A stretch of DNA of 12,985 nucleotides from a virus. Its lineage: Duplodnaviria > Heunggongvirae > Uroviricota > Caudoviricetes. Numbering within the stretch: position 1 is the stretch's first letter; every line of letters begins with the position of its first letter. Below, piece after piece: positions 7,458-12,985 of this stretch. The notes under the pieces were generated by a model that was not told the origin of the DNA, searched no databases, and saw only the letters and a list, made by a program, of their open reading frames with translations. The stretch covers positions 1 to 12,985 of the IMG/VR virus record IMGVR_UViG_2645727562_000001. One strand, 5' to 3'. Both the position numbers and the translations under genes were made by a program.

Positions 7458-7841
7458 ATGACACGCAGAACTCAGTTCAAAGGCAATTCACGTTCTCGTC
7501 GTCGTGAGCGTTTAAAGGCAAAGGCATTAGCTAACGGCGTACTGGCCCGCGAAGAAGCAATAAGTTCAGAAGTATTACACCGCCCTACTCTAAGCAGAGC
7601 GCAGATTCAGGCTAAAGGTACTCACGAAACGCCTGAGCGCATAGAAGACGCTAAGCCAATTAAGTTCATGGCACAGGACGTGATCTGGCAACAGAAAGAA
7701 TACAGACGCAATCTGGAGAGAGCGGCCATTGTGTACGCGAATGAGTTTGGGCATAGGCAACCAGAAACTGGTGTATGTCTTCCAAATGTAGCTCTTTACG
7801 CGGCAGGCTACAGGAAATCAAAACAACTGACGGCGAGGTAA
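7458..7841 (+). CDS. N: N-family transcription antiterminator, non-lambda type
   Basis: 127-aa protein directly downstream of pL and nutL with GGAGG Shine-Dalgarno. N-terminal arginine-rich motif (GNSRSRRRERLKAKALA). C-terminus LPNVALYAAGYRKSKQLTAR resembles the P22 N-like (gp24) C-terminus as recalled. Not similar to lambda N. Confidence 0.85.
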   Translation: MTRRTQFKGNSRSRRRERLKAKALANGVLAREEAISSEVLHRPTLSRAQIQAKGTHETPERIEDAKPIKFMAQDVIWQQKEYRRNLERAAIVYANEFGHRQPETGVCLPNVALYAAGYRKSKQLTAR

Positions 7842-7843
7842 TT

Positions 7844-8236
7844 ATGGGTCAGGAAGAAAAATATGAGCTTAAAAAGCTCATTGAAGAAGACGCCATAGAA
7901 GAAATTGCAGCATTAACAACAGCTATAAATAATATTAGGTATGCGCTAAATACGCTTATCTCCTCATGCGACAAAAATAGCAGGGAATTTTTGATACTTG
8001 GCGCAGCTCTAGGAATAGTTGATGCGGCAACGCTTCACCTAATTACTCATGACGATATTCTTATTGAGCCGTATGAAACATTACTGCTTGTCAGGCAAAA
8101 AATGGCTGATGCCGCAGCAAATGGAGACCTTCAACTTTACATCGACTTAAGGAAAGTATTAAGGCGAATGGTCAGAACTGAAGGAGATATCCCACTGAGC
8201 GATGCTAAACAAGGCATACAAGCAAAGCTGGAATGA
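7844..8236 (+). CDS. Hypothetical helical protein, 130 aa, AT-rich, immediately downstream of N
   Basis: ATG at 7844, 2 nt after the N stop, preceded by GAGG (MGQEEKYELKKLIEE...). The supplied ORF 7775..8236 overlaps N in another frame, so the shorter start is preferred. AT-rich codon usage. No family recognised. Confidence 0.55.
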   Translation: MGQEEKYELKKLIEEDAIEEIAALTTAINNIRYALNTLISSCDKNSREFLILGAALGIVDAATLHLITHDDILIEPYETLLLVRQKMADAAANGDLQLYIDLRKVLRRMVRTEGDIPLSDAKQGIQAKLE

Positions 8237-8296
8237 CCATTATCCTGATGAAGTATCGAAAGCACAGTCAGCAATTAGCAAAGCTCTTGGGGAAGA

Positions 8297-8457
8297 ATGA
8301 TGAATAAGAAATACATTGTTGAAGTTATAGAGCGAGAAACGAAAGAAGTAATCAAACATTTCGAATTTGATAATTATAGAAAACCTGACCGCGTAGAAGA
8401 AGGATTGTTGCGACAAAGTAATCTCGAAAAATTTGATGTTGTCATGCGATGCGAATA
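8297..8457 (+). CDS. Unlisted small ORF, 53 aa
   Basis: GGGGAAGA then ATGATG at 8297: MMNKKYIVEVIERETKEVIKHFEFDNYRKPDRVEEGLLRQSNLEKFDVVMRCE. AT-rich. Below the track length cutoff. Confidence 0.35.
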
Positions 8458-8551
8458 AGCGCCTATAGCAGATTTACGAGTCTGCTATGTGAGCAATGTC
8501 GCTCGTAACTAAACAGGAGCCGACTTGTTCTGATTATTGGAAATCTTCTTT

Positions 8552-8578
8552 GCCCTCCAGTGTGAGGGCCTTTTTATA
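8552..8578 (+). terminator. Rho-independent terminator within the pL operon (tL1-like)
   Basis: Stem GCCCTC / GAGGGC with a 6-nt loop (8552-8569) followed by CTTTTTAT, lying between the small post-N genes and the cIII-like gene. Presumably read through by N-modified polymerase. Confidence 0.55.
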
Positions 8579-8641
8579 TGCATACCAATAACGCTTCACT
8601 CGAGGCGTTTTCGTTATGCAATCAAACAGAAGGAGCATCCT

Positions 8642-8812
8642 ATGCAACAGTTCGCTATTGCAGGGGCGGCATCGGTTCGCCCTTTCAACCCGATTTTATC
8701 GGTGCAGCATTCACGAAAAAATATTTTAACCGGAGCAGACTTTAAACAACCTCGCGTTAAGAGCTTGCTGGATCGTCTTGTTGAGTTTCTGAATCAAAAG
8801 GTACAGCCATGA
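8642..8812 (+). CDS. cIII: CIII-like protein (putative FtsH inhibitor), 56 aa
   Basis: Internal start of ORF 8537..8812 with AGGAG 7 nt upstream; the listed N-terminal extension spans the terminator. N-terminus MQQFAIAG resembles lambda CIII MQYAIAG, and there is an amphipathic segment (KSLLDRLVEFLNQ). Similarity beyond the N-terminus is weak. Confidence 0.5.
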   Translation: MQQFAIAGAASVRPFNPILSVQHSRKNILTGADFKQPRVKSLLDRLVEFLNQKVQP

Positions 8813-8973
8813 AAAAACCAACTTACGAGGAACTGGAAGAAGCCCTGAAAGAGCTTAGAAGAATGGCTTTCGCCAGACGCACTAACTCTCACAACTGCGG
8901 CCCATTTCAGTACTCTGATTTATGCGAGGACATCATTGAGGTAACTCAACTGATTAAGGTCGTTAAGCAATGA
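8809..8973 (+). CDS. Unlisted small ORF, 54 aa, in the kil position
   Basis: ATGA overlap with the cIII-like stop. Product MKKPTYEELEEALKELRRMAFARRTNSHNCGPFQYSDLCEDIIEVTQLIKVVKQ. No similarity to lambda Kil as recalled. Confidence 0.35.
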   Translation: MKKPTYEELEEALKELRRMAFARRTNSHNCGPFQYSDLCEDIIEVTQLIKVVKQ

Positions 8974-9077
8974 GCATTGCGGATACATGGTCAGACGAAG
9001 AATTCATTCGTCAGATGAAAGAAATGCTCAATCAGCACAAAGAACAGGAGAAAGATGATGATTCTGACTCTGAATGA
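8970..9077 (+). CDS. Unlisted very small acidic ORF, 35 aa
   Basis: ATGA overlap with the previous ORF (MSIADTWSDEEFIRQMKEMLNQHKEQEKDDDSDSE). Its 3' end overlaps the next gene's start region. Weak support. Confidence 0.2.
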   Translation: MSIADTWSDEEFIRQMKEMLNQHKEQEKDDDSDSE

Positions 9078-9366
9078 TAAGCGTGAAATATCGCAAATCA
9101 TCGCAAGTTTTACCGATGAAGATTACGAACGAATCAACAGTGAAGTTGATCGTCTCTGCAAACGTTGCGACCCAATAAGCGAAATGCTTCGCTCATATAA
9201 ACCAGATGAACACACTAAGGACGCTATCGACTGGCTGGAAGATGATGACTGTAACTATCAGGAAAAAGCCGCTGAATGGTTCTGGGATGCAATAACCGAA
9301 AGAGTTAAGGCTGAATATGCCTTCGCAATATTCAAACGCAGACATATTTATGGAGAAGCTGCATGA
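9055..9366 (+). CDS. Hypothetical protein, 103 aa
   Basis: AGGAG 5 nt upstream of ATGATG at 9055. Its stop overlaps the RecT start as ATGA. No family recognised. Confidence 0.5.
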   Translation: MMILTLNDKREISQIIASFTDEDYERINSEVDRLCKRCDPISEMLRSYKPDEHTKDAIDWLEDDDCNYQEKAAEWFWDAITERVKAEYAFAIFKRRHIYGEAA

Positions 9367-10265
9367 GCAATATCGTTGAATTCGTTAAACAGCAAGAGCA
9401 GTTATTCTGCGGAGCATTGACTGAACAGACGGTGACATGGGCTAAGGAAAGCCAGTTTGCAATTCAGTATTTCCAGAAAAACGATTACCTGGCTAAAACA
9501 GCACTGGCAAATCCAACCAGCGCACAGAACGCCATCATCAATGTTGCGGCGATCGGCATCACCTTAAACCCGGCCAGCAAACTGGCTTATCTGGTTCCTC
9601 GCGACGGCATGGTGTGCCTTGATATCAGTTACATGGGATTACTTCATCTTGCGCAATCGACAGGATCAATTAAGTGGGGGCAATGCAAACTGGTGTACTC
9701 AAACGACACCTATGAATCAAATGGCCTTGATTCAGCACCAACCCACAAATACAACGCATTTGGTGAGCGAGGCTCTATTGTTGGAGGTTATTGCACGGTT
9801 AAAACAGCAGATGGTGACTACCTGACTGAAGAAATGAGTCTGGCAGAAATTAAAGCTGTGGAAGCAACGAGCAAGGCAAAGAATGGACCGTGGAAAACAT
9901 TCTGGGAAGAGATGGCGCGTAAAACAATAGTTAAACGCGCCAGCAAATACTGGCCTAAAGCCCAGCGACTGGATAATGCCATTCACCTTCTTAACGAAGA
10001 TGAAGGTATGCATCAGGAACCAGTTATGCCGCACAAATCAGAGGAAGATATCCGCGAAGATGAACGGAAACGCCAGCAGGAAATAATGGATAAAGCACAA
10101 CTTCTTTGCGATGAAATGGCTCAGGCAGAAAACATGGATGATTTGAAGCGATATTTTGCAGAAGCATATCGCCTGACATCTGGAATGAAATTGCAGCAGA
10201 ACGTACAAGCCATTTACATAGAATGCAAAGCGAAGCTGGAGGTTGCCAGTGAGCAAACTGTATGA
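9363..10265 (+). CDS. recT: RecT-family single-strand annealing recombinase
   Basis: 300-aa product. C-terminal segment NGPWKTFWEEMARKTIVKRASKYWP aligns with Rac RecT NGPWVTHWEEMAKKTAIRRLFKYLP as recalled. Occupies the bet position of the pL operon. Confidence 0.8.
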   Translation: MSNIVEFVKQQEQLFCGALTEQTVTWAKESQFAIQYFQKNDYLAKTALANPTSAQNAIINVAAIGITLNPASKLAYLVPRDGMVCLDISYMGLLHLAQSTGSIKWGQCKLVYSNDTYESNGLDSAPTHKYNAFGERGSIVGGYCTVKTADGDYLTEEMSLAEIKAVEATSKAKNGPWKTFWEEMARKTIVKRASKYWPKAQRLDNAIHLLNEDEGMHQEPVMPHKSEEDIREDERKRQQEIMDKAQLLCDEMAQAENMDDLKRYFAEAYRLTSGMKLQQNVQAIYIECKAKLEVASEQTV

Positions 10266-10731
10266 AATTGCCAATGAATACGCAAAATTGATGGATTCAG
10301 ATTTAGAGCCAGAGATGATTGCTGACACAATAGAAGGCATGGAAGGAGAATTTACCGATAAAATAGAGCAACTTCTTGCCATTATTAAAAATGAATCTGG
10401 TTATGCTGAACGCCTCAAGGACGAGGCAAAGTCACTGAATGAACGAGCAGCAGTAATTCAAAATAAGATTGATAGCATTATGGCATATATAGCGTCATCG
10501 CTTGAAATGGTTGGCAAGAAAAAGATTCGAGCAGGTATTCACCAGGTAACAATCCGCAAACCGTCAGAAACTGTAGAAATCATCGACTCAAGCGCCATTC
10601 CTCCTGAATACGTTGAGTTTGAAACGACAATTAAAGCCGACAAGTTGGCAATCAAACACCAACTAAAAGCAGGAATAAATATCCCCGGCGCTCAACTCAA
10701 AGTTGGGAAACCTTCACTTCTTATCAAATAA
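10249..10731 (+). CDS. Coiled-coil protein, possibly siphovirus Gp157-like, about 160 aa
   Basis: ORF 10243..10731. GGAGG (10237-10241) precedes a GTG at 10249, which is the preferred start; the first in-frame ATG is at 10291. Family assignment is tentative and from memory. Confidence 0.45.
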   Translation: MSKLYEIANEYAKLMDSDLEPEMIADTIEGMEGEFTDKIEQLLAIIKNESGYAERLKDEAKSLNERAAVIQNKIDSIMAYIASSLEMVGKKKIRAGIHQVTIRKPSETVEIIDSSAIPPEYVEFETTIKADKLAIKHQLKAGINIPGAQLKVGKPSLLIK

Positions 10732-10742
10732 CGGTATCGCCT

Positions 10743-11057
10743 ATGAAAAAGACTCCATGGGAGAAATGGGAAGTCGATTTCTTGCGCGAAGTAGCGGCGA
10801 CAATGCCAGTTGAAGTTATCGCTGAAAAACTGGAAAGGACTGAAAAAGCAGTTATGGCGAAAGCAACAAGGATTGGCGCTGACATTGTTAGCCGACTTCG
10901 TGGAAGACGCTGGACAAGAGCCGAAGTATCACTTTTCGGTAAGTTCTCCGCAGAAGAAATAGCAATTGCAACCTGCCGCTCAATTTATTCAGTAAGAGCT
11001 ATGCGATACAAGCTAAAAAAACTCGATGAAGAAAGAGCAGGCATACAAATAAATTAA
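10743..11057 (+). CDS. Hypothetical basic protein, 104 aa, with two similar helical half-repeats
   Basis: Intact ORF. Internal duplication-like pattern (W..W/E..L......E.IA......RT/S..A.......) suggests a tandem helix-turn-helix-like fold. Inference only. Confidence 0.45.
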   Translation: MKKTPWEKWEVDFLREVAATMPVEVIAEKLERTEKAVMAKATRIGADIVSRLRGRRWTRAEVSLFGKFSAEEIAIATCRSIYSVRAMRYKLKKLDEERAGIQIN

Positions 11058-11073
11058 CATGGAGTAATTAACA

Positions 11074-11355
11074 ATGAAGCTAAACATCGACCTCGGCAAA
11101 TACGTTATTACCGGAACCAAATACGATCTGATTCTTAGCGAAAGAGGAATTATCAAAGAAGGCGAGAATGCAGGGAAAGAAACACTAAGCCGTATCGGTT
11201 ATTACAGCAAGTTTGAGCATCTGGTTAAAGAGTTATGCAACCGTGAAATCCTGTTATCTCAGGCGCAGACGCTACAGGATATTCAGCAGCATATCGAGAC
11301 TTTAGGTGTGTCACTTAGCATGGCTATTGACCAGTTCGTGGAGAGTAAATCATGA
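11074..11355 (+). CDS. Hypothetical protein, 93 aa
   Basis: Intact ORF with GGAG-like motif upstream. Its stop overlaps the next small ORF as ATGA. Confidence 0.5.
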   Translation: MKLNIDLGKYVITGTKYDLILSERGIIKEGENAGKETLSRIGYYSKFEHLVKELCNREILLSQAQTLQDIQQHIETLGVSLSMAIDQFVESKS

Positions 11356-11516
11356 GAGGTCTTGCATACAATCCCGGCATTCTTCCGGCAGAAATGATTA
11401 TTCGCCAACGCGTAAAGCCAATGCCATCGAGAGAGGAATTGCTTAAGAGAAATTCTTTTCCATCAGTGAATCAAAACAAATATCTGAATGCGATGTGGCG
11501 GAGTGGGAAGAAATGA
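11352..11516 (+). CDS. Unlisted small ORF, 54 aa
   Basis: ATGA overlap at both ends (start 11352, stop 11514-11516 overlapping the ATG at 11513): [54 protein letters not shown]. Confidence 0.3.
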   Translation: MRGLAYNPGILPAEMIIRQRVKPMPSREELLKRNSFPSVNQNKYLNAMWRSGKK

Positions 11517-11989
11517 AACAAATGTCACTAATTGAGATGGATGGATTTCTGAAAGGTAAATGCATCCCAAGTGATTTAAAGGTTAACGAAACAAACGCTG
11601 AATATCTGGTGCGTAAGTTCGGTGAACTTGAATCAAAACTAGAAACAGCGTTGCGTGAGTGTCGTTCTGCTGGAATCACGATTGATAACCTTGAGGCTAA
11701 ATGCGCGAAGATGGCTGCTGAAAATACCTCACTTAAGCAATCTGAGAAGGAATTTAATGACTTTTGTCGTGAGGAGTTTAGCGAATGGGAAGATGATGTT
11801 ACTGAAACCCCAGCCACCGATGCTTTTCTGGCTGAAGTACGGGCGCAGGCGTTTAATGACCTTTGCTCGGCGTTCGTTAAACACGCGAATCTCGCGGGAA
11901 TGGATGATGGTGAGCTAGTGAGGCTTAAATATGCGACGGACGCCCTGCTGCATTGTGCGGAACAGCTTCGCAAAGGAGTTCAGTCATGA
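11513..11989 (+). CDS. Hypothetical acidic helical protein, about 158 aa
   Basis: ORF 11495..11989. Preferred start is ATG 11513 ([12 protein letters not shown]...), overlapping the upstream stop. Its stop overlaps the next ATG. Confidence 0.5.
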   Translation: MKQMSLIEMDGFLKGKCIPSDLKVNETNAEYLVRKFGELESKLETALRECRSAGITIDNLEAKCAKMAAENTSLKQSEKEFNDFCREEFSEWEDDVTETPATDAFLAEVRAQAFNDLCSAFVKHANLAGMDDGELVRLKYATDALLHCAEQLRKGVQS

Positions 11990-12219
11990 GCATCCGAACT
12001 GAACATGGATTTGGTCCTTCAACGGTCGAAGTCGAATGGCTTGATGATTGCCCTAAGTGCCAGCACGGCAAAGCCAAGGTAACAGGATGGTCGGTAACCA
12101 AAGATTCTTTGTGGGCGGGTGATGAGGCCGTTTGTTCCAAATGCGGTCACAAAGGTGAAATCGATGCTGATGGAGAGAATGCCTGGGTGGAATGGGACGA
12201 AATCGAGGAGGCACAATGA
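11986..12219 (+). CDS. Small zinc-ribbon protein, 77 aa (two CxxC pairs)
   Basis: Internal ATG of ORF 11953..12219 overlapping the upstream stop (ATGA). Contains CPKC and CSKC motifs about 30 residues apart. Confidence 0.5.
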   Translation: MSIRTEHGFGPSTVEVEWLDDCPKCQHGKAKVTGWSVTKDSLWAGDEAVCSKCGHKGEIDADGENAWVEWDEIEEAQ

Positions 12220-12971
12220 GCAACATCGACATCGACACACTGGCGCTGCGTGAGGCGGCAGAACGTGCAATTCCGGCAATGGAACGCCTGTTAATGTTGC
12301 CAGCTGATGATGATTTGTTAACTGAACAGGAACTTAAGGATTACGGTGTGGATATTGATGCGCTCAACGCCTTCAAATTTCTGACCGGACCAGAAACCGT
12401 GTTGGCACTACTGGATGAACGGGAAAGAAACCAGCAATACATCAAACGCCGCGACCAGGAGAACGAGGATATTGCGCTAACGGTAGGGAAGCTGAGAGTT
12501 GAGCTTGAGGAAGTAAAACAACACGCTGAAGAATTATCCGAAACCAAGGCTGTTCGTAACCAATGGCGGCCAGATCTTTGCCCAATAACCGGACGTGCAT
12601 TTTTCATGTGGATTGAGCATCCAACATTGGGAAATGTGCCGACATATGGTGGCCCATTAGATAGTTACACCATTCCAACAAAGGACGGTGACGGTGAGTT
12701 TTCATGTGAGCGTTACGATCATGATTTTGGCGGTTGGGTAGAAAGCGAATGTCTTGGGTTATATCTGATTGATGATAGAGAACAATGCAGGGTCTACGAA
12801 CTGGAGGAACGCGTTAAGGAACTGGATGCTCGGGAAATATCGCTCCCGGAACGTAGCAGCATGCTTCATCGAACAGATTTTCACGATGATTACCAAACGG
12901 TAATGGCATACAAAGTTTCTGAAGTCATCGATGCAATCCGCGCTACTGGCATTCGCATCAAAGGAGAGTGA
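12216..12971 (+). CDS. Ead/Ea22-like family protein, about 251 aa
   Basis: GAGGAGG precedes the ATG at 12216 (MSNIDIDTLALREAAE...), which overlaps the upstream stop. N-terminal coiled-coil and acidic composition fit the Ead/Ea22-like proteins common in enterobacterial lambdoid prophages; assignment is from memory. Confidence 0.5.
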   Translation: MSNIDIDTLALREAAERAIPAMERLLMLPADDDLLTEQELKDYGVDIDALNAFKFLTGPETVLALLDERERNQQYIKRRDQENEDIALTVGKLRVELEEVKQHAEELSETKAVRNQWRPDLCPITGRAFFMWIEHPTLGNVPTYGGPLDSYTIPTKDGDGEFSCERYDHDFGGWVESECLGLYLIDDREQCRVYELEERVKELDAREISLPERSSMLHRTDFHDDYQTVMAYKVSEVIDAIRATGIRIKGE

Positions 12972-12985
12972 TATGAGCGCTATAA

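Noticed and set aside
7217-7507. ORFs 7217..7423 (minus) and 7310..7507 (plus) in the N leader
   Set aside because: They cover the nutL and leader-hairpin region, which is better explained as structured noncoding RNA. The plus-strand ORF overlaps N out of frame.
8460-8520. Cluster of short inverted repeats upstream of the tL1-like terminator
   Set aside because: Short stems with no U-tract and no recognisable motif. Could be incidental, so not called as a feature.
8537-8641. N-terminal extension of the cIII-like ORF (listed start 8537)
   Set aside because: The extension spans the terminator hairpin and its T-tract and has no ribosome-binding site. The ATG at 8642 with AGGAG upstream is the credible start.
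9619-10382. ORFs 9619..9825 (plus), 9732..10034 (minus) and 10038..10382 (minus)
   Set aside because: They lie inside or antisense to the RecT gene and the gene after it, with hydrophobic, Cys- and Phe-rich composition typical of antisense shadow ORFs.
12192-12215. Listed start at 12192 for the Ead/Ea22-like ORF
   Set aside because: The ATG at 12216 has a GAGGAGG ribosome-binding site and overlaps the upstream stop, so the extension is unlikely to be translated.
11443-12279. Minus-strand ORFs 11443..11973, 11925..12140, 12019..12279, 12053..12238 and plus-strand 11655..11918
   Set aside because: All are antisense to or frame-shifted within the coupled plus-strand gene chain, with Ser-, Cys- or His-rich low-complexity products.

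Overview
This window is the early-control region of a mosaic lambdoid prophage, in inverted orientation relative to the usual lambda map. From left to right: a nin-region tail on the minus strand (NinE-like, orphan Dam-type methyltransferase, NinB); a replication module on the minus strand (O-like initiator with in-gene iterons, DnaB-family helicase); cII, nutR and cro on the minus strand; OR; a lambda-type cI on the plus strand; a two-gene AT-rich cargo cassette where lambda carries rexA-rexB; an intrinsic terminator; OL/pL; nutL; a non-lambda N antiterminator; and a pL operon carrying small accessory genes, a cIII-like gene, a RecT-family recombinase and several unknown genes ending in an Ead/Ea22-like protein. 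The strongest candidate for an undescribed system is the cI-linked cassette at 6161-6956: a soluble 145-aa protein plus a coiled-coil protein with a C-terminal membrane anchor, sitting exactly where the RexAB exclusion system sits in lambda. All calls rest on reading the sequence and on recalled protein families and lambda reference sequence; no database search was run.
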